Positions 1 through 8,606 of a stretch of DNA of 64,000 bases are shown piece by piece. The position numbers were made by a program, and so were the translations under genes. This stretch comes from an uncultured Acidobacteriota bacterium (GTDB taxonomy: Bacteria; Acidobacteriota; Thermoanaerobaculia; UBA5066; Gp7-AA6), in assembly GCA_963775725.1 (NCBI GenBank), contig CAVZKA010000001.1, positions 740,309 to 804,308 on the forward strand, written 5' to 3'. Every line of letters begins with the position of its first letter. Position 1 is the stretch's first letter. The notes under the pieces are model-generated. The model did not search any database. It was not told where the DNA came from and saw only the letters and a program-made list of their open reading frames with translations.

Positions 1-432
1 CATCTTCATCATCGCCTCGAAGGCCCGCTTCGCCTCCGCGCCGCCGGCAGAGAACGCGTCGGTCAAGGCACGAGGGGTGATTTGCCACGAGAGACCCCAG
101 CGGTCCTTGCACCAGCCGCAGTCGCTCTCCTTGCCGCCGTTGCCGACGATGGCGTTCCAGTAACGGTCGGTCTCTTCCTGGTCGTCGGTTGCGATCTGGA
201 AGGAGAACGCCTCGGTCTGCTTGAAGTGCGGCCCGCCATTCAGGCCGATGCAGGGAATGCCGAAGACCGTGAACTCGACGGTGAGGACGTCGCCCTTTTT
301 GCCGCTCGGGTAGTCGGCCGGCGACTGGTGAACGGCCTTGACCTGGCTGTCCGGAAACGTCGCGGCGTAGAAGGTCGCGGCCTCGAGCGCGTCCTTGTCG
401 TACCAGAGGCAGATGGTGTTCTTTGGCGTCAT
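1..432 (-). CDS. VOC-superfamily protein with a PhnB / 3-demethylubiquinone-9 3-methyltransferase-like domain; C-terminus runs off the window
   Basis: My own reverse-strand translation from the ATG at ~430-432 reads MTPKNTICLWYDKDALEAATFYAATFPDSQV...GKKGDVLTVEFTVFGIPCIGLNGGPHFKQTEAFSFQIATDDQEETDRYWNAIVGNGGKESDCGWCKDRWGLSWQITPRAL. It is absent from the ORF track because it is truncated at the window edge. Confidence 0.7.
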   Translation of the reverse strand, partial: MTPKNTICLWYDKDALEAATFYAATFPDSQVKAVHQSPADYPSGKKGDVLTVEFTVFGIPCIGLNGGPHFKQTEAFSFQIATDDQEETDRYWNAIVGNGGKESDCGWCKDRWGLSWQITPRALTDAFSAGGAEAKRAFEAMMKM

Positions 433-616
433 CGTCGCTGCTCCTTGCTTTGGTCGCTTGCGGTCTGCTCGAGCGGCAGGAATCCCTCACCGCGCGACCA
501 TGCTCCCCCACTCTTTTCGGTGCAAGCCGGATGCCGACGCCGGGGGCAATCCCGGGATTTTCGTGGCCGCCCGCTGATTTTGCCGGCCGGAAAGGTGCGC
601 GGCGAATGTCGACGCG

Positions 617-1093
617 CTATTTCGCCTCCACCGGAAGCGGCGTCCGTGAATACATCCCGACCGGATGTCCGGCCGGGTCGATGACGAGGCCGACTGCGCC
701 CCTCCCGTCGGAGAGATTGAACGGGAATCCCGGAGGAATCATGCCGCCGAGCTCCTTCGCCCTCGAGCAGCTCGCGGGCATGTCCTTGACCTGGATATAG
801 ACCACGCCGTCATAGGGGCTGATCTTGCCCTCGGCGACGCGCAGCGTTCCGACGGGCTTGCCGCCGGAGACGATTTCCAGCGCGAGATTCTCGCCTCCGG
901 GCACCGAGGTGTACTCCCACCCGAAGAGGCCGGCGTAGAACGCCTTCGACTGGGCGAGGTTACTCGTCGTGATGTCGAACCACGCCACGCGGCCGTCTCC
1001 GACATCCGGCTTGGGCCCCTTGTTCTGTGCGGCCGCGGAGCCGCAGGTCATCAGGGCGAGAGCGATTCCGGTCGCGATGAGTCTTGCGCGCAT
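617..1093 (-). CDS. Secreted VOC/glyoxalase-fold protein
   Basis: Taken from the internal Met of track ORF 617..1207. MRARLIATGIALALMTCGSAAAQ is a signal peptide, followed by a glyoxalase-like segment AWFDITTSNLAQSKAFYAGLFGWEY...GKPVG. Confidence 0.6.
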   Translation of the reverse strand: MRARLIATGIALALMTCGSAAAQNKGPKPDVGDGRVAWFDITTSNLAQSKAFYAGLFGWEYTSVPGGENLALEIVSGGKPVGTLRVAEGKISPYDGVVYIQVKDMPASCSRAKELGGMIPPGFPFNLSDGRGAVGLVIDPAGHPVGMYSRTPLPVEAK

Positions 1094-1361
1094 GTGTCCT
1101 CCCGAAGTTGCGACAACGGTACCAAAAGTCGGGAGCGCCCAGGAGTGCGCCGGGGGCCCGTCCCGTGTGTGGTCGACTATGAGACATACGTTGGAGGTGT
1201 GCCCCATGCGAAGGACCCTTGCCCCGTTCGCGTCACTTGCAGCATGAACACCTTCCGGGGCCGGTCATGCTCCCGCGCTGCTGCTCGCCCGGCAGGAAAT
1301 ACGTCCGCGAACGCGACCCGTCGGTCGAAGGCGTGCGCGCCGGGTTGTCCGTACGACGCGT

Positions 1362-1853
1362 CAGTCGAACCAGTACTCCAGCGTTCCGTCGGATCCTTTT
1401 CCGAAACTGCCCTCGAAGCCGCCCTCTCCACGCAGACCGGCGAGCTCCGCTGTTCCCGATCCGGGGACGACCGACCACTTCGCCGTGATCCTGCCGTTCG
1501 CGACGACTTCGGAGCCCTGAAGCACGAACGTTCCCAGGCGCCCGGCCAGTGTTTCCGCGGAATCGCTGCATGCTGACGAGGATGGCAGACTTGTCGTCGC
1601 GCTGGACCTGGAGAGCGCGGACGGTCGACTCGCCCTCCAGATCGCCCGTGAACGTTTCCTTCAAATAGAGCTCCATCAAGGCCGGCCTCGCGGTCTCGTC
1701 GTACGGCTTGGCCTCGGAACTCTGAACGGTGATCCTGGCTTTGGCTTTGGAGCGCGCAGGAGGCTTCGCGTTCACTGGTCTGCCCGGGGTGCCGGCGGTC
1801 TGCGAGGCGCCGAGAAGCACGAGGGCGAATGCGGCCGTGGTCGGGAAGCTCAT
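1362..1853 (-). pseudogene. DUF3224-family secreted protein interrupted by a frameshift
   Basis: The N-terminal 95 aa (MSFPTTAAFALVLLGASQTAG...AKPYDETARPALMELYLKETFTGDLEGESTVRALQVQRDDKSAILVSMQ) lie in the frame of track ORF 1233..1982. A typical DUF3224 C-terminus (...GRLGTFVLQGSEVVANGRITAKWSVVPGSGTAELAGLRGEGGFEGSFGKGSDGTLEYWFD*) appears in the +1 frame after ~1565 and ends with a stop at ~1362. Confidence 0.5.
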
Positions 1854-1974
1854 GGGGTTCCTCCCTCCGATTTCGATGGGGCCTGCGGGCCCCGTCCGTG
1901 GACCTGCAAGACAGAGGCCCACCGCGCGACGGAGGCTCCGAGAAGGGGGAGGCCTGGCTTCTTTCGGCGACGCG

Positions 1975-2475
1975 CTACGCACGCCGAGCCGGCTGCGGCA
2001 CGAACCGGCTCATCGCGAGCGAGATGGGCAGGCCGACGCAGGTCATGTGGACGAGCAGGGGCACGGGCCAGATCTCTGGCAGCGGCCGTTTCGGGGCGTT
2101 CGCGATGTAGAGGGGGCGCAGCGCGGAAAGTACCGGAATGACGCCGCGGTACATGACGAGCAGCCAGAAGACGCCGAAGAGGATCCCGCCGAGGACGGGC
2201 CACTCCAGCATCGCGGGCCAGCGGCGGCTCGCGAGGTAGAAGACGAGAGTGGCAGAGAGGGCCACGAGGAAGTGCATGGCGAGGCCGAGGATCGCGGTCG
2301 GCACGCCCATCTCGAAGCTCCGCGGGCCGAGGACGGAAGCGGCTATGCCCTGGAGCATGCGCATGGGCTTGCCCCCGCTCGTGATCGAGATGACGACCGC
2401 CGAGGTGATGTCGAGGATGCCGCAGGCGAGCCAGGCCCAGAGGATGGCGCGGCGGACGGACGGACTCATGGTCAT
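1975..2475 (-). CDS. Hypothetical polytopic membrane protein (about 4 TM segments)
   Basis: Track ORF. Hydrophobic segments AILWAWLACGILDITSAVVISI, VPTAILGLAMHFLVALSATLVFYL, LGGILFGVFWLLVMY and WPVPLLVHMTCVGLPISLA. No recognisable enzymatic motif. Confidence 0.5.
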   Translation of the reverse strand: MTMSPSVRRAILWAWLACGILDITSAVVISITSGGKPMRMLQGIAASVLGPRSFEMGVPTAILGLAMHFLVALSATLVFYLASRRWPAMLEWPVLGGILFGVFWLLVMYRGVIPVLSALRPLYIANAPKRPLPEIWPVPLLVHMTCVGLPISLAMSRFVPQPARRA

Positions 2476-2671
2476 CTTCTGGGATCTTTTGAGCTGGAGC
2501 TGGGGGTCAGTCCTGAGTTGTTGACTTACCGCGGGGCGCGGAGCAGAGCGTCGGCCCCGAGATCAACAGATTGGCCCGCCGGCTTGGTGATCGCACCGCT
2601 CAACGCCTCGACTCCCCATGGAACCTGGGAGTCGGCCATGAAGGCGGCCTCGTCGGTCTGTTCGCCCATGA

Positions 2672-3385
2672 CTAGTTCGGCCAGTTCAGGCCGAGCGCCT
2701 TCGCGAGGAAGACGGCCATCTGTCCGCGCGTCACCGGGCTGTCAGGACAGTAGGACCCGCTCCCGCAGCCGCCGGTGATCCCCGACGCCGCGAGGGCCTC
2801 GATGAACTGGTAGAACGGATGCGACGTGGCCACGTCGTTGAACGTCGGTGTGGCGGGCGCAGGGCTGACCTGGAGTCGGTAGCCGAGCACCGCGGTCGTC
2901 GCGGCGGCAGTCGACCCGTCAGCCACGAAGCCGATCTCCAGGAACAAGCGCCGGTTCACGTTGTCGACCACGTAGCCAGCCAGGGCCTTCGTGACGGTCT
3001 GGCAGCCGTCGTCCTGGGAGGCGATCGAGTCGATCAGGGTGAGCGCCCCGCACCCTCCGGCGGCGGCGTCGCAGTCGGCGAGGATCAGCGAGACGTCGTG
3101 GTTTGGAGCGACGTCGTCGTCGCAATACTGGAACTGCATGGAGGTGATGACGGCTCCCGTCGGCAGGCGCGGGTTCGTCACGAACAGCCCGTTGCCGGAG
3201 AGGGCGATCCAGCGGTCGTTGAAGATCTGGCCGTTGGAGATGGGATTGAAGTCGGACGGCTCGAACCGGACGTACGTCGTGTTCGTCGTGCCGTAGGCGG
3301 AGGGGGCCGGACCCTCGGCCGACGCGACGGCCGAGGCCGCGACGAGGGCCGTCAGGACGGCGAGAGCCCGAGGGAATCTGCGCAT
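2672..3385 (-). CDS. Secreted protein with an SLH-like C-terminal domain (paralog A)
   Basis: Signal peptide MRRFPRALAVLTALVAASAVASA. The C-terminus TFNDVATSHPFYQFIEALAASGITGGCGSGSYCPDSPVTRGQMAVFLAKALGL fits the SLH pattern F-DV...F..IE.L...GI..G......P...VTR...A.FL. The N-terminal domain is of unknown family. A paralog lies at 8500..9219. Confidence 0.6.
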   Translation of the reverse strand: MRRFPRALAVLTALVAASAVASAEGPAPSAYGTTNTTYVRFEPSDFNPISNGQIFNDRWIALSGNGLFVTNPRLPTGAVITSMQFQYCDDDVAPNHDVSLILADCDAAAGGCGALTLIDSIASQDDGCQTVTKALAGYVVDNVNRRLFLEIGFVADGSTAAATTAVLGYRLQVSPAPATPTFNDVATSHPFYQFIEALAASGITGGCGSGSYCPDSPVTRGQMAVFLAKALGLNWPN

Positions 3386-3439
3386 GGACGGGACCTCCTC
3401 GCCCGAGTATAGGGCAGCGAAAGAAGATCGCCCGCGCCG

Positions 3440-3931
3440 CTACTTCGCCGCCGGCTTCGCGTTTCTCGGGTCGTCGGCCGGATTCACGTACTTGAACTCG
3501 ATCGGCCCCTGTCCGAAGAGCACGATGTCCGCCCCGGCTTTGCCCGCGAACGCGTAGTGGTTCATCCCGGTCGGCATCATCGCGAAGCCGCCGACGTGGA
3601 GCGCCTTGTTCTCCTTCGCGGTCTTCGACAGCTTGTCGCCCATGCCGAAGGTCAGGGAGCCGGCGGTGACGACGACGTTCTCGTCGGTCGGATGAGAGTG
3701 CGCGGGAATGGCGTAGTTGGCCGGCATCCGGATCCGAACGGCGTAGGCGCCGGCGGCCATGGGATTTCCCGAGAGAACCGCGAGCTGCGCCCCCGGGGGC
3801 AGCATCGGCGGAGCGGGTCCCCACTTGGCGTCGTTGACCGCGCTGATGACCTGCGAGGGGGACTGCGCGAACAGAGACGTGGCGAAGACGGAAGCGAGCA
3901 CGACGAGGGTCCAGGTCGAAAGCTTCTTCAT
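3440..3931 (-). CDS. Secreted cupin-domain protein
   Basis: Signal peptide MKKLSTWTLVVLASVFATSLFAQ. Cupin-like core PAHSHPTDENVVVTAGSLTFGMGD...HVGGFAMMPTGMNHYA. Confidence 0.7.
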   Translation of the reverse strand: MKKLSTWTLVVLASVFATSLFAQSPSQVISAVNDAKWGPAPPMLPPGAQLAVLSGNPMAAGAYAVRIRMPANYAIPAHSHPTDENVVVTAGSLTFGMGDKLSKTAKENKALHVGGFAMMPTGMNHYAFAGKAGADIVLFGQGPIEFKYVNPADDPRNAKPAAK

Positions 3932-4221
3932 GGCGTTCTCCTTCGCCGCGAATTCTATTCAAGAGTCGAAGGGAGCGTCACTCCTGATTTGCCGACTCGT
4001 GGGGGTCTTTCCGCGCCAATCGGGGCGATTGTCCCGGGTCATCCCGTTGGCCAACGGGCATTGCCGGAATTCTGGGGGGCCGGCCCGGGAATTTCTCGCC
4101 CCACGTCCGACATCTAGAAAATGTGCGGCCGGCTCCGGCGAATGCCGGCGGCAGGCGCTTCCGAGATCTTCTCAGCGCCGGTCCGCGCGAACACAAACCT
4201 GGTGGATCGAGGAGGTGTTCC

Positions 4222-4737
4222 ATGGATCAGAGGATCGACTACAACAACGTCACGCCCGGGGCCCTGCAGGCGATGCTGGGCCTCGAGAAGTACCTGAGCC
4301 AGAAGGCGGATCGGAAGCTGCTCAACCTGGTCTATCTGCGCGCATCGCAGATCAACGGCTGTGCGTTCTGCATCGACATGCACTGGAAAGACCTGCGCGC
4401 GCAGGGCGAGAGCGAGCAACGGCTGTACGGCCTGGACGCGTGGTCCGAGTCTCCCTACTACAGCGACCGGGAGCGTGCCGCGCTGGCCTGGACCGAAGCG
4501 GTGACCCGCCTGACAGAAGGGCACGTGCCCGACGAGGTGTTCGAACAGGCCCGCCGTTTCTTCTCCGAGGCGGAGCTCGCCGACCTGACACTGGGTGTCG
4601 TGGCGATCAACGGTTGGAACCGGCTGAACATCGCATTTCGGACGCCCGCGGGAGGCTACCAACCGACCGCGAGGAAGGTGCTCCCGACGCCCCAGGATTC
4701 GGAAGGCCGCGCGCCGCGGCCGCAAGCCGCCCACTGA
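4222..4737 (+). CDS. Carboxymuconolactone decarboxylase (AhpD-like) family protein
   Basis: Trimmed to the Met at MDQRIDYNNVTPGALQAML, with GGAGG ~10 nt upstream. The family motif ASQINGCAFCIDMHWKD is present. Confidence 0.75.
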   Translation: MDQRIDYNNVTPGALQAMLGLEKYLSQKADRKLLNLVYLRASQINGCAFCIDMHWKDLRAQGESEQRLYGLDAWSESPYYSDRERAALAWTEAVTRLTEGHVPDEVFEQARRFFSEAELADLTLGVVAINGWNRLNIAFRTPAGGYQPTARKVLPTPQDSEGRAPRPQAAH

Positions 4738-4896
4738 GGCATCCGGGACAGGGGCCAGTCCTGGGATCGTCTCGGGGCTGACCCCTGAGCTTCGCCGGCC
4801 CTGCGGAAGGTGGGCAAGGATGGACTCCCGTTCAGCCCCGCCCGCGGATCTTCATGTCCACCAGCTCGTCGATCGACACGTCCTTCTGCCGCGCCT

Positions 4897-6060
4897 TCAG
4901 CCCCTCTTGCGCCCCGCCAGCCGCCAGAACTGCGTCTCGTTCAGCAGCGTGATCCGGTGGCCCTTCTCGCGCAGGCGCTTGATCTCGAGCAGCTTCCTGC
5001 CCGCGTCCTTGCCGGCCGCCTGGAGCGGATTGGGCTTGCCCCGGACGACGACGGTCGTCTTCGCGGAGGGCGAGCCGTGGATCTTCGCACCGGCGCGGCG
5101 CGCGGCCCGGGCGGCTTCGATGCGGGGACGGCTGAGGATTCCGGTGAACGCGAGGTGCGCGCCCTTGAGCGTGCGCAGGCGTCCGACCTTGAGGGCCGCA
5201 GGCGGGTGGGTGAGCGCGTCGATCAGTTCCTGCGCGCTCTCGTAGCGCTTGCGGCGCTCGCCGATGCAGCGATAGACGATCTCCTTCAGGTGGTCGGTGC
5301 AGCGCAGGCCCCGCACCTCGCCCGTCCGGATCCGGGCGGCCGCGCTGCCCTTCACGAGCATTCCGAGCAGCTGCCCGACCTGGTAGACGTCGTCGCGCGC
5401 CTGCCACTTGGGGGCGAGTCCGGAGAGGATGTCGCTCGGGACGCCCCACGGGTTCAGCGTGCGCGCGGCGACGCCGCGGCGGTCGCTCTGGTGGCTGACG
5501 ATGCCGAAGTCTCCGAGCTTGAGTGAAACGCCGTCGCAGACGAAGACGTTCATCGGCGTCAGGTCCCGGTGGAGGAGCTGGCCCCGGTGGAGCTTGCCGA
5601 GCACCTCGAGAATGCCGGCGATCTCGCGCCGCGCGGTCCGCTCGGTCCAGCTCTTGCCCGTGCGATCGAGGTAGGCGCGCAGGTCGCCGTGCTTCGCGTA
5701 CTCGAGCGCGAGGCAGTAGAGGACGCTGCCGTCCTCCCGGATCAACGGAAACGCGTCGAAGACGCGGATCGCGCGGGCGTGGCCCGCGAGGAGCTGCCCG
5801 AAATAGGCTTCCTTCAACCAGCCGTCGATGTGCTCGCTCGCCTTGATCGCGACGGCCGCCGGGACCGAGAGGGAGCGCGTCACCCGCGTCGCCAGGTACG
5901 CCTGGCCGAAGCCACCTTGGCCGAGCAGGCTGTCGATCCGGTAGCGCAGGCGCGTCTCGGGACTCGCGATGACCTGCTGCGGGAGCAGCAGGGCCTTGCC
6001 CCGCGCCGCGCGGGTGGCGGCGGACATCCCGAGAGTCGTGGCTCTGGTATCTACGGTCAT
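4897..6060 (-). CDS. Ser/Thr protein kinase with a C-terminal BRCT domain
   Basis: This is the C-terminal 387 aa of track ORF 4897..7359. Kinase motifs: LGQGGFGQAYLA (G-loop), VAIKAS (Lys), HRDLTPMNVFV (catalytic loop), KLGDFG, DVYQVGQLL. The last ~90 aa (LKGAHLAFTGILSRPRIEAARAARRAGAKIHGSPSAKTTVVVRGKPN...GHRITLLNETQFWRLA) resemble a LigA-type BRCT domain. The ORF upstream of 6060 is low-complexity and antisense to a real plus-strand gene. Confidence 0.7.
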   Translation of the reverse strand: MTVDTRATTLGMSAATRAARGKALLLPQQVIASPETRLRYRIDSLLGQGGFGQAYLATRVTRSLSVPAAVAIKASEHIDGWLKEAYFGQLLAGHARAIRVFDAFPLIREDGSVLYCLALEYAKHGDLRAYLDRTGKSWTERTARREIAGILEVLGKLHRGQLLHRDLTPMNVFVCDGVSLKLGDFGIVSHQSDRRGVAARTLNPWGVPSDILSGLAPKWQARDDVYQVGQLLGMLVKGSAAARIRTGEVRGLRCTDHLKEIVYRCIGERRKRYESAQELIDALTHPPAALKVGRLRTLKGAHLAFTGILSRPRIEAARAARRAGAKIHGSPSAKTTVVVRGKPNPLQAAGKDAGRKLLEIKRLREKGHRITLLNETQFWRLAGRKRG

Positions 6061-6144
6061 CGGAAGAGATTCCGCGAGGAGTCTACTGCGGGGTCGCCCC
6101 GGCGTTTCGACGGGCGCAGTAGGATTTGCCGGACGAGGTGACGC

Positions 6145-6876
6145 ATGTCGCAACGGCTCCCATCCCGGATCGCGCTCCTGGCTCTCGCCGCTGCCTTTCC
6201 GGCATGGGCACGCGCGGAAGACCTCCGCGACGTGCTGAAGCGGCAGACGCAGGAGCTCGCCGACGCGGTCGGGACCGGAACGTCGGCGGTGTGGGACGAG
6301 TACCTGGACGCCGGCGTCCTCTTCGTCGACGAGAGCGGCACGGTCGCGACGAAGAAGGAGATGGTCGAACAGCTGAGACCCCTGCCCGAAGGCGTCTCCG
6401 GGTCGATCGCGGTGACCGACTTCGTGGTCGCGGACCACGGCGACGTCGCGGCGACGACGTACGTCGAGGACGAGCACGAGAACTACCATGGGCACGCGCT
6501 CCACTGTCAGTACCGGGCGACGGACGCGTGGAAGCAGACGCCGGCCGGATGGCGGCTGATCGCGAGCCAGGTGCTGGCGCTGCGCACGGACCCGCCGGCG
6601 ATCGCGCTGCGGGTCGCGACGCTCGAGGGCTATTGCGGGAAGTACGCGCTGACGCCGGCGATCGCGTACGAGATCCGCCGCAAGGGCGACGGGCTCGAGG
6701 GGCAGCAGACCGGGCGCAAGCCCGAGACGCTCCTCGTCGAGGCGCCGGACGTCCTGTTCGTGCCGGGCAAGCCGCGTTACCGATATGTCCTCCTGCGCGA
6801 CGCGGCGGGAAAGATCACGGGGATGGCGCAGAGGCGCGAAGCGTGGGACCTGGTCTGGAAGCGGGAGAGCTCGTAG
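6145..6876 (+). CDS. Secreted NTF2-like (SnoaL/DUF4440-type) protein
   Basis: Signal peptide MSQRLPSRIALLALAAAFPAWARA. NTF2-like core AVWDEYLDAGVLFVDESG...YRATDAWKQTPAGWRLIASQV. The C-terminal extension is of unknown function. Confidence 0.6.
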   Translation: MSQRLPSRIALLALAAAFPAWARAEDLRDVLKRQTQELADAVGTGTSAVWDEYLDAGVLFVDESGTVATKKEMVEQLRPLPEGVSGSIAVTDFVVADHGDVAATTYVEDEHENYHGHALHCQYRATDAWKQTPAGWRLIASQVLALRTDPPAIALRVATLEGYCGKYALTPAIAYEIRRKGDGLEGQQTGRKPETLLVEAPDVLFVPGKPRYRYVLLRDAAGKITGMAQRREAWDLVWKRESS

Positions 6877-6887
6877 GAGTCGGGCCG

Positions 6888-7900
6888 TGAAGCCCCGTCG
6901 GATCTTTCCCCTGCGCCGCTCGGCCATCGCCCTGCGCAGAGACCGGGAGGGCGAGAGCCCGCGCACGATCGTCATCGCGCTGATCGCCAACCTCGTCATC
7001 GGCGTCGCGAAGCTGCTCGCGGGGCTCGCCTCGGGGTCGACCGCGCTGATCGCCGAGGCCGCGCACTCGGGGGCCGATTGCGTCAACGAGGTATTTCTCG
7101 CGATCGGGCTGTACCGGTCGCGGCAGCCGCCGGACCAGGTGCATCCGTTCGGGCATGCGCGGGAGCAGTTCCTCTGGGCGTTCATGGCGGCGATCGCGTC
7201 GTTTCTGTTGGGTGGGTGCCTCTCGATCGGTATCGCGGTCCGGGAGCTCGAGTCGCGCGGCCACCCGGTCGTCGGGGGACTCGCGCCGTGGATCGTTCTC
7301 GCGGTCGCGTTCGCGGCGGACGGAGCGTCCTGGCTGCAGGCCATGAAGCAGGCGGGCAAGCAGGCGAAGGACTACGACCTGACGATCGGCCGCTACCTCG
7401 TGCGCGCGAGCGACCCCGTGGTGCGCGCTGTGCTCGTCGAGGACAGCGCGGCGCTCATCGGTCTCGTCCTCGCCGCGGCAGGCCTGTCACTGGCCCGGAT
7501 CACGGGCTCGAACACACCGGACTCCGTCGCGTCGCTGCTGATCGGGGTGCTGCTCGCCGTCACGGCGTTCTTCCTGGCCCGTCCGTTCGCCGATTTCCTG
7601 GTCGGACGCTCCATCGCCGCGCCGCAGCTCGAGCGGCTGCGGGCGATCGTCGAGGGCGACCCGGCGATCGAGGAGGTCTTCGTGCTCCAGGCGATGTACT
7701 CCGGGCCAGAGGAAGTGGTCGTCCTCGGCAAGGCCCGTCCCTCGCCGAGGCTCGGCATCGAAGAGCTCGGCCGCGCGATGGACGAGATCGACCGGAGGAT
7801 CCGGCAGGCGTTCCCGTTCGTCGCCGACGTGTTCATCGACGTGACGAGCGCGCCGGGCTCGGCGGCGCAGACTCCGCATGGCTCTTCAGAACCGCGTTGA
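6888..7900 (+). CDS. Cation diffusion facilitator (CDF) family transporter
   Basis: GTG start chosen downstream of AGGAG (~6874). Family motifs: IALIANLVIGVAKLLAGLASGSTALIAEAAHSGADCV and GHAREQF. Hydrophobic TM core plus a cytoplasmic C-terminal domain. Confidence 0.75.
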
Positions 7901-8606
7901 TCCCTGCGGAGCCCTGCGCTCGACGCCCGAGCGCGGGGCCTGGATGGGCAACCGCGGCGTGCTGCATGACGCGTCGCAGCGCGTCGTCGCGCAGTGGCGG
8001 CTGCAGCGATGGATCACGTGCGTCCTCTCGTGGAAGGGCCGGCGGCGCGAGGTCTTCGCTCCCAACCGGTGGAGCGAGCTGTTCTTCCTGGACGAGGCGA
8101 CCGCGCTCGCGGCGGGGCATCGGCCCTGCGCGGAGTGCCGGCGGCCGCGCTACCTGGAGTTTCGTGCCGCCTGGGAGGCGGGCCGGCGCGGGCGCGACGC
8201 GCGGTCCGGGTTTCTCCGGGCGGACGCGATCGATCGGGTCCTGCACGCGGAGCGGGTGGATCGCACGGGAAGAAAGAAGACGTACCGCGCGGCGCTGTCG
8301 TCGCTTCCCGACGGAACGATGGTGGAGCGCGCGGGCTCGCCGCACCTGGTCTGGCGCGGGAAGCTGCGGCGATGGAGCTTCGGCGGCTATGGTCCGGCAG
8401 TGGACGCCGCGCCCGATGAGGTCGTGGACGTCCTGACGCCGCGCTCGATCGTCGGCGCCATCCGGGCCGGATTCCTGCCGCAGGTCGATCCAGCCGGAAT
8501 CAGTTCGTCCAGTGCATCCCGAGCGCCTTCGCCAGGAACACGGCCATCTGCCGCCGCGTCAGCGGGGCGTCCGGGCAGTAGTTGCCGCCGCCGCAGCCCG
8601 CGGTGA
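7878..8606 (+). CDS. Hypothetical protein with a CxxC motif; boundaries uncertain
   Basis: Track ORF with balanced composition (WMGNRGVLHD...ELFFLDEATALAAGHRPCAECRRPRY). The motif ALAAG-RPC-C is reminiscent of an Ada-type metal-binding segment, but the match is weak. The 3' ~100 nt overlap the convergent gene 8500..9219, so the true stop is uncertain. Confidence 0.35.
   Translation: MALQNRVDPCGALRSTPERGAWMGNRGVLHDASQRVVAQWRLQRWITCVLSWKGRRREVFAPNRWSELFFLDEATALAAGHRPCAECRRPRYLEFRAAWEAGRRGRDARSGFLRADAIDRVLHAERVDRTGRKKTYRAALSSLPDGTMVERAGSPHLVWRGKLRRWSFGGYGPAVDAAPDEVVDVLTPRSIVGAIRAGFLPQVDPAGISSSSASRAPSPGTRPSAAASAGRPGSSCRRRSPR

Noticed and set aside
1090-1145. Apparent local frame inconsistency between the ORF track (617..1207, 960..1187) and my reading of the displayed bases near ~1139-1141; similar 1-nt disagreements at a few minus-strand ends
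   Set aside because: Most likely my manual indexing error rather than biology. It cannot be resolved without tools, so I used track frames for CDS and flagged coordinates as +/-1-2 nt.
6060-7359. Upstream 430 codons of the 820-aa minus-strand track ORF 4897..7359
   Set aside because: Arg/Pro/Asp-rich low-complexity translation antisense to two well-supported plus-strand genes (NTF2-like, CDF transporter). Only the C-terminal kinase-BRCT part carries protein-like motifs.
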